A stretch of 64,000 nucleotides of DNA from an uncultured Candidatus Rokubacteria bacterium (GCA_963754315.1 CAVWFS010000007.1:384001-448000), one strand, 5' to 3'; positions 11,947 to 23,378 are shown, counted from the first letter of the stretch. The notes: generated by a model not told the origin, from the letters alone. Numbers and translations are program-made.

Positions 11947-12930
11947 CTACTGGACCTTGGCCAGTTCTTCCTTGGCGATCGACGCCGGGATGGGGAAGTA
12001 GCCGTCCTTCACGCACGATCTCCTGGCCTTCCTTGGACACCATCAGTTTCACGAACTCACGCGTCAGCGGATCGAGTTGCTTACCAGGAGCCTTGTTGAT
12101 GTAGACGTAGAGGAAGCGCGCCAGCGGGTATGCGCCGCTGTACGAGTTCTCGGCAGTCGCCTCCACACACTTGCCGCCGTCCTTCTCCGTCAAGGGGACG
12201 GCACGCACACCGGCCGTCGCATAGCCGATGCCGCTGTAGCCGATGGCATTACGGTCCACGGTAACCCCCTGCACGACCGCGGCCGACCCGGGCTGCTCCT
12301 TCACGGAGTCCTTGAAATCGCCGTTCTTGAGGGTGTGTTCCTTGAAGAATCCGTAGGTGCCGGACGCGGAGTTACGGCCATAGAGGCTGATCGGCTTACT
12401 CGCCCAGTCACCGGTGAGGCCGAGTTGGCCCCAGGTGGTGATGTCTTCCTTGCCTCCCTGTCGGCGCGACTTGGAGAAGATGGCGTCGATCTGCTGGAAG
12501 CTCAGGCACTTAATGGGATTGTCCTTGTTGACGAAGACCGCCAGCGCGTCCACCGACGTGCGGATGGGTGTGGGCTTGTAGCCATACCTCTTCTCGAACC
12601 CGTCGACCTCGGTCCCCTTCATCTCGCGTGACATGGGGCCGAGCTGGGCGGTGCCGGAAATCAGCGCCGGCGGGCGCCGTCGAGGAGCCCTTACCCTCGA
12701 TCTGGATCTTGGCGTTCGGGTAGAACTTGTTGAAGTTCTCGGCCCACAAGGTCATGAGGTTATTCAGGGTGTCGGAGCCCACACTGGAGATGTTGCCGCT
12801 CACCCCTGACACCGACTTTGTACGTCATCAAACCGGGATCCAGCTGGGGTGGTCCCGACGCATAGCCACCGGCGGCCACGAGCGTGACCAGCGCCAGCGC
12901 GAGGCCGACTTTTGTCACCGTCCTCTTCAT
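11947..12930 (-). CDS. pstS: Phosphate-binding protein PstS; about three frameshifts
   Basis: Signal peptide [31 protein letters not shown] and [14 protein letters not shown] in successive frames; TAG at 11947. Confidence 0.9.
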
Positions 12931-12981
12931 ACGATCTCCTCCTGCTCGGTCATGATGATGCTACGGGGATATTTCGGTGGA

Positions 12982-13008
12982 GTAACGAGAGTGTTACAAG
13001 TAGGTTAC
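12982..13008 (-). promoter_or_regulatory. Putative Pho box upstream of pstS
   Basis: Minus strand GTAAC-N6-GTAAC-N6-GTTAC, 11-bp period; overlaps the phoB stop codon. Confidence 0.75.
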
Positions 13009-13799
13009 ACAGAGGCTCTTTGCTCGTCGCGAAAGCGGTAGCCGACCCCCCGTACCGTCTCGATGCCGGGGGCAGGCAGGTGAGCGGCGGTGAACTTTCC
13101 GCGCAGGCGCGCGACGTGAACGTCCACCGTCCGGGGCTCGACGAACCCGTCGTGGCCCCACACGAGATCCAGCAGTTCCTCTCGACCGAACACCCGCCCG
13201 GGTGTCCCCACCAGAGCCGCCAGGAGCTCAAACTCCTTGCGCGTCAGCTCCACCGGCTTGCCTTTCATGGTCACCTCGAAGCGGTGGCGGTCGATTTCGA
13301 GATCTCCCGCGCGGAGATGCGCTCGTTTCTCGGCCGCGTCAACCGGGCGCGCCCGGCGCAGGAGCGCACGAACCCGGGCCACCAGTTCCCGCGGCGAGAA
13401 CGGCTTCGTCACGTAGTCGTCGGCGCCCAGCTCGAAGCCGAGAACCTTGTCGCCCTCCTCGACCCGGCCGGTCACCATGATGACGGGCACCGAGCGTGTC
13501 TCGGGCTCCTGCTTGAGACGACGACATACCTCCCAGCCATTGAGCTGCGGAACCATGATGTCGAGCAGGATGACCTCTGGGCGAAACTCGCGCGCGTGTC
13601 GGAGGGCATCCGCCCCGTTCAGGGCGATCCGAACGTCGTAGCCCTCCTTGGAAAGATTGAATCGGATCAGCTCGGCAACGTCTTGCTCGTCCTCGACGAC
13701 CAGGACGCGACCTTGACGCGGAAGGGCGGCCCCTTCCCGCGCGTCCCCACGCCGCCGATGCACCACGCTCTGATCGCTCTCGCGGCCGGTGATTGTCAT
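13005..13799 (-). CDS. phoB: OmpR/PhoB family response regulator (PhoB/PhoP)
   Basis: VVEDE, LLDIM, GADDYVTKPF and IETVRGVGY; lies within the phoX-pst cluster. Confidence 0.85.
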   Translation of the reverse strand: MTITGRESDQSVVHRRRGDAREGAALPRQGRVLVVEDEQDVAELIRFNLSKEGYDVRIALNGADALRHAREFRPEVILLDIMVPQLNGWEVCRRLKQEPETRSVPVIMVTGRVEEGDKVLGFELGADDYVTKPFSPRELVARVRALLRRARPVDAAEKRAHLRAGDLEIDRHRFEVTMKGKPVELTRKEFELLAALVGTPGRVFGREELLDLVWGHDGFVEPRTVDVHVARLRGKFTAAHLPAPGIETVRGVGYRFRDEQRASV

Positions 13800-13821
13800 G
13801 GCTGAATGGTCCCCTCCCGGA

Positions 13822-13848
13822 GTTACAGGACGGTGACGACCGAGTAAA
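13822..13848 (-). promoter_or_regulatory. Putative Pho box upstream of phoB
   Basis: Minus strand TTTAC-N6-GTCAC-N6-GTAAC, 11-bp period. Confidence 0.65.
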
Positions 13849-13932
13849 ACTTTCGCGAACAGCGGGCTCGTGAGGCAGCGCGATGCGCGGGGACCCTGTT
13901 CGGGCGCACCGGGCGCCGCCGGGCTCCCCTCG

Positions 13933-15857
13933 CTACCCCCCGATGACCCCCCCGTCCGTCTTGCGGATCACGATGGTCGCTGAGCGCGGCCGGCCACCCG
14001 CGGGTCCATCAGGCCAGGAGCTGACCGCCTTGGGCGCCTCCGGATTGTTGCGCTCGCTGGCCGGCTCGCCCGGGTGCTGGACGTTGACGAACATGCTCCT
14101 TCCGTCAGGAGTGGTGATTACTCCCGTGATCTCGCAGCCGTTGGGTCCCGTGAGGAAGCGTCGAATCTCACGCGTGGCGGGATCGGCTGCCAGCATCTGG
14201 TTGTTGCCGATGCGTGCGTAGTCTCCCTTGTTCAGGACGCTCGTGGAAACGTCGGTCTGGATCCACAAGACCCCACGCGCATCGAACCAGAGACCGTCGG
14301 GCGAGCCGAACACGTCGCCTTTGATATTGCCGCGCTTGTTGGCATCGGCCAGGGTCGGATCGCCGCAAAGGACGAACACATCCCACTCGAAGCGCGTGGC
14401 GGCCGCGTCCCCGCCTGTCTCTCGCCAGCGGACGATGTGACCGAAGACGTTGTCAGAACGAGGGTTGCTCGGATCAGGTCCTGGCGAGCCCGCCCTACCC
14501 CGATTGACATTGTTGGTGAGGGCGCAGTATGCCTCCCCGGTCGTCGGGTGCACCGCTATCCATTCAGGCCGGTCCATCTTGGTGGGGCTAACCACATCGG
14601 CCGCGCCGCGAGTATTGATGAGAATTTCGGCCTGGGAGGGGAACCCGGACGCGGCGTCCAGGCCGTTCTTGCCGTGGGTCAGCTCGAGCCACTCCCCGCC
14701 GCCATCGGCATTGAAGCGCGCCACGTAAAGGATCCCGTTCTCGAGGAGCCGCATCCCCGCCTCGCGGCCTCGCGCAGGGTCCCAAGCTTCGCGGCTCACG
14801 AACTTGTAGACGTACTCAGAGCGCTCGTCGTCGCGCCATGTAGAAGACGACCCGCCGGTCACGTGCCATCGCGAAGGCGGCGCCCTCATGCTTCGTGCGA
14901 CCCAGCGCGGTGTGCTTCACGGCCGGGCGGCGGGGATCGTACGGATCGATCTCCGCCACCCAGCCGAATCGATTCGGCTCGTTCGGGTGGGCGGCCGCGT
15001 CGAAGCGGCGATCATGCTCGTGCCAGCGGTAACCGAACCCTCGCTCGTTGATCCCGTAGCGCCGCTGCAGCGGCGGCAGGGCACCCGAGCCGTTGACGAA
15101 GTAGGCGTTGAAATTCTCCTCGCATGTGAGGTACGTGCCCCAGGGCGTCACGCCATGGGCGCAGTTGTTCAGGGTGCCGAGCACGGTGCGCCCTGTCGGG
15201 TCGCCGGCCGTTTGAAGCAGGGGGTGTCCGGCGGCGGGCCCGGTGAACCCGATGGGAGTAGCGCCTGTGATTCGCCGCGCAAAGGAGGACGGCCGTACCA
15301 TCCTCCATTTCGCCCCCTCCAGGCGAACCTCAACCACGGCGACCCCGTGCGCGGCCTGGCTCTTGCGCACCTTCTCGGCCGTCCACGGTTCCATCCCGCC
15401 CGGATGCAGTAGCCCGTCATCCGTGTACTCGTGATTGACGGCGAGCAGGCCATGCGTCGAGCTCGTTCCGCCGACGGGCAGCGGGAAGAAGTGGATACTA
15501 TCGTGGTGCATGCCAGCTTGCACCATCTGGTCTTCCACACTGTTACTCGCATCGGGTTTGAAGGCAGGACCAGCCGAGATTGGATCGCCCCAGGCGTAGA
15601 GTACGTCGACGGTGTAGCCTGGGGGCACCACCACCGTATCCGATGTCGCGATGGGCACCCCCGCGAATCCAAGCAACGCTCCCTGAGCCGACACGAGCGT
15701 CCGCCCGCGCTGCATGGCGGGGCCAAGAAGGCTGCCGCCTGCCGCCAGCAGTCCACCCGTCAGCAGTGCGCGGCGGGAGAGCCGGGCGATCGAGGATGTC
15801 AGCGAAGCTTTGATTCGGCGAGCAATTTGAAGTCGAATCGGCTGGATCGAACGACAT
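13933..15857 (-). CDS. phoX: PhoX family alkaline phosphatase, Tat-exported; several frameshifts
   Basis: Twin-arginine signal (LSRRALLTGG), VNHEY, TPWGTYLTCEEN, KMDRPEW, SPDGL, CEITG and VNVQHPG. Confidence 0.92.
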
Positions 15858-15926
15858 GTGCGCCTCCGCTGGAATGGGTTGGCCCCGCCGTCAGAGCCAC
15901 GACGATCCCGACCCTATCAGGCTCGC

Positions 15927-15953
15927 GTTTCGGGACGATGACGGGTACGTGAC
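15927..15953 (-). promoter_or_regulatory. Putative Pho box upstream of phoX
   Basis: Minus strand GTCAC-N6-GTCAT-N6-GAAAC, 11-bp period, similar to the CTGTCAT half-site. Confidence 0.65.
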
Positions 15954-16032
15954 ATCTGCGTCGTACGCCATGGCGTTGGTCACCCTGTGGCCGCGGGCTG
16001 GCAACGGTCAGGCGTGAACATCGGCATCTGCG

Positions 16033-17177
16033 TTAAGCGATACGCCGACCCGCGCGCCACACCCCCAGTACGATGGGCAGCTCACCGACCAGACGCACGC
16101 GAACGAGGTCCGCCCGCTTGCTCGGTGCAATCTCGCCCCGGTCGGGGAGCGCGGCCCGCTGCGCGGGGCTGGCCGTGACCGTGGCGACCGCCTCCGGCAG
16201 AGGCACACCGTGCCGACAGTGAAGCAGAAAGGCGGCATGGAGAGCGCTGGCCGGCACGTAGTCCGACGAGAGAATGTCCAGGAGACCCTGAGCCACCAGG
16301 TCGGCGGTGGACACATTACCGGAGTGCGATCCGCCAAGGACGAGGTTGGGAGCACCCGCGACCACGGCGAGGCCGTAGGATCTGGCCGCCCGTGCCGCGA
16401 CGACGGTGGTGGGAAATTCGGCGATGACGACACCGGCCTCGACCGCTTCCTCCACGTGGCGCAGCGTGGTGTCGTCATGGCTGGCCAGCGGGAGGCCGCG
16501 CTTGTGGCAGAGCCGGACAATGGCGGCGCGGTGGCGATCACCATACCTGGCTTGGTCTGCCTAGGCGCTTGGCGATCAACTCATCCAGCTGGCCGTCGGT
16601 GAGTCGGTACTTGCCCTGGTTGTACTCGCGGTATTTCTCCACGCGGACGAACTGGCGCTGCCCCGGCGTGTGGTCCATGAGAGAGACGAGGCGTACGAGC
16701 GGGTCTTCGACGAATGGCGCGAAATCCTCGATCACGTACGCCGTGCTCACCTCGCACCGCATGTGAAAGAAATGCTCGGCCCGCAGCAGACGCTGGTCCT
16801 GCGCGCTCCGGATGGCCTCCGCAAAAGGCCGCGGGTTACGCGGACGCTCAATCGTGTCGACCACGTATCCGACGGCCAGCCCATCGAGAACTGTGGTGAT
16901 ACCGGCGGCCGCCAGCTGCGCGTCGTGGGCCATCACAGCCGCCTGGGCCGGCCAGGCCACGCCAGGGCGCGGCACCGCGTGCTTCTCCAGCATGTCGGTG
17001 TGCAGCTCGACGAGGCCGGGGAGCAGGTAGTCGCCCTCGAGGTCGAGTGCGCCTCTCACCGCGGAGAGGCGGCGGGTCACGTCGACGATGGCCCCGCCGG
17101 TAACGCAAACCGTTCGTGCCACGAGTGGCGTGCCGCTCCACCACCCGAGCGTTGGTAAGGACGAGTTCGTGGCTCAT
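16033..17177 (-). CDS. phnM: Alpha-D-ribose 1-methylphosphonate 5-triphosphate diphosphatase PhnM; frameshifts
   Basis: LPGLVELHTD, SLMDHTPGQRQF, AEFPTT, GGSHSGNV and LSSDYVP; start MSHELVLTNARVV. Confidence 0.92.
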
Positions 17178-17885
17178 GTTCGCCGTGTGTCCGAGGGTCA
17201 CGACCCGGCTCGCGATCCGGCTGCGCACCTCGACGTCATGGACGGCGCCCAGAATGGCCGCGCCCCTGGCCCGCGCCTCGTCGATGAGCCCCGCCACGAC
17301 GGCCCGGCTCTGCGCGTCCAGCGACGCGGTGGGCTCGTCGAGGAGCAGGATCGGATAGCCCACCACGAAGACGCGGGCGACGCTGATGCGCTGCTGCTCG
17401 CCGCCGGAGAAGGTTACCGGCGAGAGCCCCCAGAGCCGCTCCGCGATGCGCAGGCGCGCCAGCATGGCCCGCGCGCGCTCTCCCGCCAGCTCGCGAGGAA
17501 CACCCAGGTCGCGCAGCGGTTCTGCCACCACGTCCACCGCCGCCACCCTTGGAACTACCCGAAGGAACTGGCTCACATAGCCCATGGTCCGGCGACGGAC
17601 AGCCAGCACTTCTCGCGGCTCGGCCCTCACCATGTCCACTACACCGCCGGCGTGGCGGACAAGAATCTGTCCGCCTTGGGCAACGTAGTTGCCATACACG
17701 GCGCGCAGGAGCGTGCTCTTGCCCGCGCCCGACGGGTCAGACAGCACCACGCACTCGCCGGGGCCGACGGTGAGAGTCACGCCGCGGAGCACGGGAAGGC
17801 GCGTTCCCCCCTGGACGTGCAGAGTGAACGTCTTCTCGAGTCCTTCGATCGACAGGGCCGCTACGGTCCGGTCGTCTGTCGCCAT
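17174..17885 (-). CDS. phnL: C-P lyase ATPase PhnL
   Basis: KTFTLHVQGG, SGAGKST, YGNY and TFSGGEQQR; the 3' end reads into the phnM frame, probably an indel. Confidence 0.92.
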
Positions 17886-17887
17886 CC

Positions 17888-18667
17888 TCATGGGTGCAAC
17901 ACCGATGACACCAGGAGTTGCGTGTACGGATGCTGGGGATCGTCCATGACCTGATCGGTCAGTCCGGTCTCGACCACCTGGCCTCGCCGCATCACGAGCA
18001 GGCGATGCGCGAGCAGACGCGCCACCGCGAGGTCGTGAGTGACCACCACCGCCGCCAGACCGAGGTCAGCGACGAGACCGCGGAGCAGGTCGAGAAGCCG
18101 GGCCTGCACTGAAACATCCAGCCCACCGGTGGGTTCGTCCATGAGCACCAGCCGCGGCCGCGTCACCAGAGTGCGAGCAATCTGCAGCCGCTGCTGCATG
18201 CCACCTGAGAAGGTGGCGGGCAGATCGTCAATCCGGTCCGGGGTGATCTCGACGTGCTCCAGCCAGTCGAGGGCTGCCCGCCGGATACGGCCGTAGTGAC
18301 GCTCACCCCTGGCCATCAGACGTTCGGCCACGTTGGCGCCGGCCGTCACCGACATCCGGAGCCCGTCGTGCGGGTTCTGGTGAACGATCCCCCACTCGTC
18401 GCGGAACAGGCGCCGGCGCTCTCGCTCGGGAAGACGCAATACATCCACCGCACTTCCATCTCGCGTGACGAACTCGACGACGCCAGCTCCCGCCTCGACC
18501 CGGCCGGCCAGACACGCCAGCACGGTCGTCTTCCCCGATCCGGACTCCCCCACCAGACCGACCACCTCGGATGGCCAGACATCAAAACCGACGTCGAGGC
18601 AACCCACGTGCTCGCCGTAGCGCTTGGTGAGGCCGCGCACACGGAGCAAATGCCCGTCCGGGCTCAC
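17888..18667 (-). CDS. phnK: C-P lyase ATPase PhnK
   Basis: GESGSGKTT, FSGGMQQRLQIAR, DEPTGGLDVSVQARLLD and HPYTQLLVSSVL. Confidence 0.95.
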   Translation of the reverse strand: MSPDGHLLRVRGLTKRYGEHVGCLDVGFDVWPSEVVGLVGESGSGKTTVLACLAGRVEAGAGVVEFVTRDGSAVDVLRLPERERRRLFRDEWGIVHQNPHDGLRMSVTAGANVAERLMARGERHYGRIRRAALDWLEHVEITPDRIDDLPATFSGGMQQRLQIARTLVTRPRLVLMDEPTGGLDVSVQARLLDLLRGLVADLGLAAVVVTHDLAVARLLAHRLLVMRRGQVVETGLTDQVMDDPQHPYTQLLVSSVLHP

Positions 18668-19509
18668 GGCGCCGGCGCCTCCGGTACACCCACCCGCCGC
18701 TCGCAATAGTCGGTGTCCGAACACATGAACATCCGGCCACCCTTGTCGTCCACGATGATCTCGTCGAGGAAGACACCACGGGCGCCGCATCGCGCACAGG
18801 GCTGCACCCAGGCCTCGACCTCGAAAGGATGGTCCTCGAAATCGAGGCTCCGTACCGATGTATGGGGCGGCACCGCGTAGATCCGCTTCTCGCGGCCAGC
18901 GCCAAAGAGCAGAAGGGCCGGATTACGGTCGAGCTTGGGGTTGTCGAACTTGGGGATGGGCGAGGGGCGCATGAGATAGCGTCCATTGACGATGACCGGG
19001 TATTCGTAGGTCTGCGCCACCTTGCCGTGGCGCGTGATGTCTTCGTAGAGACGGACGTACATGACGCCGTACTCCTCGAGGGCGTGCATCTTCCGCGTCT
19101 CGGCCTCCCGGGGTTCGAGCCATCTGAGGGGTTCCGGGATCGGCACTTGGAGGACGAGCACCTGGCCTGCCCGGAGGGGCGTCTCCGGAATGCGATGGCG
19201 CGTCTGGATGAGCGTGGCCTCTTCGGTACGCGTCGTCGTGGTGACTCCTGTGGTCTGCTCGAAGAACGTGCGAATGCTCACTGCATTGGTGGTGTCGTCG
19301 GCACCCTGATCGATGACCTTGAGGATGTCGTCGGGACCGATGAGGCTGGCCGTCACCTGAACCCCGCCCGTTCCCCACCCGTAAGACAGCGGCATTTCGC
19401 GGCTGCCAAACGGCACCTGGTAGCCGGGAATGGCCACCGCCTTGAGGATCGCTCGGCGGATCATCCGCTTGCTCTGTTCGTCGAGAAACCCGAAGTTGTA
19501 CGGATTCAC
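18664..19509 (-). CDS. phnJ: Radical SAM C-P lyase PhnJ
   Basis: YNFGFLDEQSKR, YGWGTGG, IQTRHRIPE and the CARC...CSDTDYC cluster motif. Confidence 0.97.
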   Translation of the reverse strand: MNPYNFGFLDEQSKRMIRRAILKAVAIPGYQVPFGSREMPLSYGWGTGGVQVTASLIGPDDILKVIDQGADDTTNAVSIRTFFEQTTGVTTTTRTEEATLIQTRHRIPETPLRAGQVLVLQVPIPEPLRWLEPREAETRKMHALEEYGVMYVRLYEDITRHGKVAQTYEYPVIVNGRYLMRPSPIPKFDNPKLDRNPALLLFGAGREKRIYAVPPHTSVRSLDFEDHPFEVEAWVQPCARCGARGVFLDEIIVDDKGGRMFMCSDTDYCERRVGVPEAPAP

Positions 19510-20630
19510 GGCCGCGGACCCGCGTCTGCCTGCGCGCGCAGGGTGCGGACCAGGATCAATTCGGACTGGAAGTCGACGTAGTGCGGTAGCTTGAGGTGCT
19601 GGATGAACCCGGACGCTTCCACGTTGTCGCCGTGGGACAGCACGAACTCCTCGTCCTGGGTCGGCGACGACGCCTCCTCGCCGAGATCGCGAGCGCGCAG
19701 GGCACGATCCACCAGAGCCATGGCCATGGCCCTCCGCTCGGCATGGCCGAAGACTAAGCCGTAGCCGCGGGTAAACTGCGGGGGCGCCGTCGCCGAGCCT
19801 CTGAACTGATTCACCATCTGGCACTCGGTCACGGTGATCTCGGCGACTTCCAGAGGGAACCCGAGCTCCTCGGGCACCATCTCCAGCACCACTTCGCCAA
19901 GCCGGATCTCGGCGGCAAAGGGATGGTTGCGTCCGTACCCGCGTTGGGTGGCATACCCGATGCCCAGGAGGAAGCCCTCGTCGGCTCGCGCCAGACTCTG
20001 CAGTCTCACGTCGCGACCAGCCGGAAAGGTCAGTGGCTCACGGGTGAGATCGCCGACACCTCGACTCTCCTCGCCGTCCCGCTCCGTTTCGATGAGTCCC
20101 TCACGCTCGAGCAGCTCCATCACGCGCGGAAGTGAGCCAGAACCGTGGGGCTCGTCGCGGTGGTCCGTCATCCGCTCGGCATCCACCCGTGCCTCCCGAG
20201 GTTCGTCGGTCGTCGAGCCGTTCGCCTGGGCCAAATCAAAGTTGAGCAGCCGATGCGTGTAGTCGAAGGTGGCTCCCAGGATCTGGCCGCCGGGTAAGTC
20301 CTTGAAGGTGGCCGACACTCGGCGCCGCACGGTCATGGCGGTCATGTCGATGGGCAGGGTAGAGCCCAAGCGGGGGAGCGTCGTCCGGAACGCCCGCAGG
20401 AGAAAGACCGCTTCGATCACGTCGCCCCACGCCTGCTTGAGGGCCAGTGCGGCGAGCTCGCGATCGTACAGGGAGGCTTCCCCCATCACGCGATCGACGG
20501 CCAAGGCCAGCTGCTGCTCGATCTGGACCACCGAAATCTCAGGCACCTGAGGGTCACCGCGCCGTTCCTCGGCGAGCAGCCGATGGGAGGCCTGAATTGC
20601 CTCCTGGCCACCCTTGACCGCCACGTACAC
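19506..20630 (-). CDS. phnI: C-P lyase subunit PhnI
   Basis: MYVAVKGG, RRVSATFKDLPGGQILG and HLKLPHYVDFQSEL. Confidence 0.97.
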   Translation of the reverse strand: MYVAVKGGQEAIQASHRLLAEERRGDPQVPEISVVQIEQQLALAVDRVMGEASLYDRELAALALKQAWGDVIEAVFLLRAFRTTLPRLGSTLPIDMTAMTVRRRVSATFKDLPGGQILGATFDYTHRLLNFDLAQANGSTTDEPREARVDAERMTDHRDEPHGSGSLPRVMELLEREGLIETERDGEESRGVGDLTREPLTFPAGRDVRLQSLARADEGFLLGIGYATQRGYGRNHPFAAEIRLGEVVLEMVPEELGFPLEVAEITVTECQMVNQFRGSATAPPQFTRGYGLVFGHAERRAMAMALVDRALRARDLGEEASSPTQDEEFVLSHGDNVEASGFIQHLKLPHYVDFQSELILVRTLRAQADAGPRP

Positions 20631-20632
20631 GG

Positions 20633-21211
20633 TCAGCCTTCGGAGTTTACGGTCCGAGGCAGTGCCACAACCCGGGCTCCAGCGGTGAGGAGCACGTCAA
20701 CGCCTCTTGGAAATAATATATTGTTTTCCAGCCACATGGACCAGAAACCCTCCGAGAGTCCTTCCACTGTGAGCCGCGACTCCCCGTCGATGCCCGGTCC
20801 TGTCATCCGCCTGCCGGTCCCGGATCTGAGTGCCTGGACCTGGACGATGAGGGTCGTCGAGCGGTCTGGGTACTCGTCGCTCCCGCTGGCAAAGACCGCT
20901 AGCGATGGCATCGCCGCAGCACCGGCGATCAGCGCGAAAACGGCAACCTCGGGCTTCTCCACTATGGAGACTCCGCAATGGAACCGCAGGTAGTCGATGA
21001 CTGCCGTGGTGGCGGCCTGCCGATCAAGCCAGAGCGGTGTCTCGAAGTCGAGCAAAGCCAGGCAGAGCGCTGCCGCGCCGGCTGTAAGGGGCGATGGCAC
21101 CTCGACGGGAGTCGGCAAGGTAACAACGCGACCGGGATGGGCCATGGCTTCGAGGACGACCCGGAAAATTCGCTGACTATCCAGCGCCGGATCGGCCAAG
21201 CCGCCCAGCAT
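20633..21211 (-). CDS. phnH: C-P lyase subunit PhnH
   Basis: AMAHPG, LRFHCG, GSDEYPDRSTT and FPRGVD. Confidence 0.95.
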   Translation of the reverse strand: MLGGLADPALDSQRIFRVVLEAMAHPGRVVTLPTPVEVPSPLTAGAAALCLALLDFETPLWLDRQAATTAVIDYLRFHCGVSIVEKPEVAVFALIAGAAAMPSLAVFASGSDEYPDRSTTLIVQVQALRSGTGRRMTGPGIDGESRLTVEGLSEGFWSMWLENNILFPRGVDVLLTAGARVVALPRTVNSEG

Positions 21212-21213
21212 GT

Positions 21214-21657
21214 CTACTCCTCTCCCCTCACCAAGGTGAAGAACTCCACCCGCGTCGGCGCCGAGCGGGACGTTGCGGCCCGCCTGCGCGCCTCACGACG
21301 TTCTGCCAGTGGCGTCACGACTTGCGTCTCCAGGTCACCTCGCCCCTCGCCGCTCTGGAGCAGGGCATCTAAAACGGCCGCGATCTCAGCGTGACGCAGG
21401 CTTCGCCCTCCAACATAGGCGTGGCCGACGGTCCCGTCGTCGAGGCGAACCGAGCAGCGAGCAACGGGCAATTCGCCTAGGTTGAATTGCATGCCCGTAC
21501 CGCCCGCTCGTCCCCGAACCATGACGAGGCCGACCTCGGGCTTGCGCACGAACGTGTAGCGCGGTTGGACCTCCAGCCGTTCCCACACAAGTTCCAGATC
21601 ACCCGGGGACGCCGTGGCGAGGACCGACATCCAGCAGCGCCGCGCGCCGACGTCCAT
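21214..21657 (-). CDS. phnG: C-P lyase subunit PhnG
   Basis: PEVGLVMVRGRAGGTG.FNLGE and TRVEFFTLVRGE. Confidence 0.95.
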   Translation of the reverse strand: MDVGARRCWMSVLATASPGDLELVWERLEVQPRYTFVRKPEVGLVMVRGRAGGTGMQFNLGELPVARCSVRLDDGTVGHAYVGGRSLRHAEIAAVLDALLQSGEGRGDLETQVVTPLAERREARRRAATSRSAPTRVEFFTLVRGEE

Positions 21658-21659
21658 CC

Positions 21660-22550
21660 CTATTTCTGGGCTGCCAGCTTCTTGGCCGTCTCGTTGAGGT
21701 CACGGATGACCTGGTATTTCCCGTCGTCGGCGGGCACGAAGCCGCCCAGCCAGGCGCCGATCTCCTTGAAGACCTCGGGGTTACGGTCCTTCATGCTGAT
21801 CAGCGATTCCTGAATGGCTGACTTCAGGCTCGGCGGCAGATCCTTGCGCAGCACGATCGGATCGTTGGGAATCAGCTTGGACACCCAGATGACCCGGAGA
21901 CCACCGCGCGGCACCTTGCCCTCCCGCGTGAGCTGCTGCAGGTCGGGGAGGTTCGTCGACGCCACGTCCACCTTCTTGTTGGCGACGGCGAGGATCGACG
22001 CCTCGTGGGAGCCGGAAAACGTGAGCTTCGAGAAGAGCTTCTTGGGATCGACCCCCATCTCCATCATGAAGAAGGCCGAGGGAACCAGGTAGCCCGAGGT
22101 GGAGTTGGGGTCATTGAACGCAAAGGTCTTCCCGGCAATATCCTCGGGCCCAAAGATATCCGAGTCCGCATGGACGATCAGGCAGGAGCGATAACCGAGG
22201 GAGCCGTTGGCCAGCCTCAGTTGCGCGACCGGTTCCACGTTCGCGTAATTGTTGTTCGACGCCTCCACGTAGGACTTGGGCCCGAGGTGGCCGATCTCCG
22301 CCTTCTTGAACTTCAATGCCTCGATACTTCCCCGATAGTCGGTGGCGGTCGCGGACTTGACCTTGACGCCGAGGTCCTTCTCGAGTTGGGCTAGGATCGG
22401 GCCCCACCGCCGCGTGATCTCCGCGGCGTTCTCGGTGGACAGCAGCGCGAAGGTGACCTCCTTGGGCCAGGACGGATCGGCGGACAACGCCGCGCCCGCC
22501 AGAAGGAGAACGCCGCAGGCTGCCACGGTGAGCAAGCGGAACATACGCAT
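21660..22550 (-). CDS. phnD: Phosphonate ABC transporter substrate-binding protein PhnD
   Basis: Signal peptide; ATDY, NDPNSTSGYLVP, GSHEAS and IPNDP. Confidence 0.93.
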   Translation of the reverse strand: MRMFRLLTVAACGVLLLAGAALSADPSWPKEVTFALLSTENAAEITRRWGPILAQLEKDLGVKVKSATATDYRGSIEALKFKKAEIGHLGPKSYVEASNNNYANVEPVAQLRLANGSLGYRSCLIVHADSDIFGPEDIAGKTFAFNDPNSTSGYLVPSAFFMMEMGVDPKKLFSKLTFSGSHEASILAVANKKVDVASTNLPDLQQLTREGKVPRGGLRVIWVSKLIPNDPIVLRKDLPPSLKSAIQESLISMKDRNPEVFKEIGAWLGGFVPADDGKYQVIRDLNETAKKLAAQK

Positions 22551-22562
22551 GAGAGCCTCCTC

Positions 22563-23378
22563 CTAGATGGCGGCCCGGCGGATCCGGGACGACACCACGT
22601 CGATGCACATGACCATGGCCACGATGAGCAGAATGACGGTGGCCGCCTCTCGATCGTTGAAGGAACGGATGGTATCCCAGAGATAGAAGCCGATTCCGCC
22701 CCCGCCGACCATCCCGATGACCGACGCCGAGCGGATGTCCGACTCGAAACGAAGGAGGATGAACGAGAGAAAGTTCGGCAGCACCTGTGGGACGACTCCA
22801 AGGGCGATGACGTGCAGGCGGGAAGCTCCCGTGGCGGCCACGCCTTCCACTTGGCCGGGATCGATCGCCTCGATGCTCTCGCTCAGCAGCTTGCCCAGCA
22901 CGCCGCCCGTGTGAATGCCGAGCGCGAGCGTGCCCGCGAAGGGCCCGAGCCCTACCGCCGTCACGAACATCAAGGCAAACACGAATTCGTTGACGGCCCG
23001 CAGCAGGTCCATGCCCCGTCGCGCGGCGAAGTAGATCACCGGGTGGGGTGCCAGATTGCGCGCCCCCAGGAGGCCGAGCGGCACAGCGATCAGGATGGCG
23101 AGAAGGGTGCCCCACAGCGCGATGCACACGGTGACGATGCACTGCCACGCGTACTCCCCGATGTGGGCGAACGACGGATTGAGATAGCCCTTGAGAAAGA
23201 CGCCGATGTTGCCTGCGTCGCGAACGAGCTCCAGCGGGCGAAGCTCGATGACCCGCGCGGCAAGGGCAAACACGACCGCCAGCGACAGAATGACGAAGAG
23301 ATTGCGCCCCGTATCCGACGGCCGTTCCGGCGCGCGAGGAAGGGGGCCGGACCGAACCGCCGTGTAGCCGCCGCTCAC
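22563..23378 (-). CDS. phnE: Phosphonate ABC transporter permease PhnE
   Basis: AVGLGPFAG, GKLLSESIEAID and RSASVIGMVGGGGIG. Confidence 0.93.
   Translation of the reverse strand: MSGGYTAVRSGPLPRAPERPSDTGRNLFVILSLAVVFALAARVIELRPLELVRDAGNIGVFLKGYLNPSFAHIGEYAWQCIVTVCIALWGTLLAILIAVPLGLLGARNLAPHPVIYFAARRGMDLLRAVNEFVFALMFVTAVGLGPFAGTLALGIHTGGVLGKLLSESIEAIDPGQVEGVAATGASRLHVIALGVVPQVLPNFLSFILLRFESDIRSASVIGMVGGGGIGFYLWDTIRSFNDREAATVILLIVAMVMCIDVVSSRIRRAAI

Noticed and set aside
16848..17891. Apparent in-frame PhnL-PhnM fusion
   Set aside because: An ATGA overlap exists at 17174-17177 and indels are dense here, so one indel near the phnL end explains it
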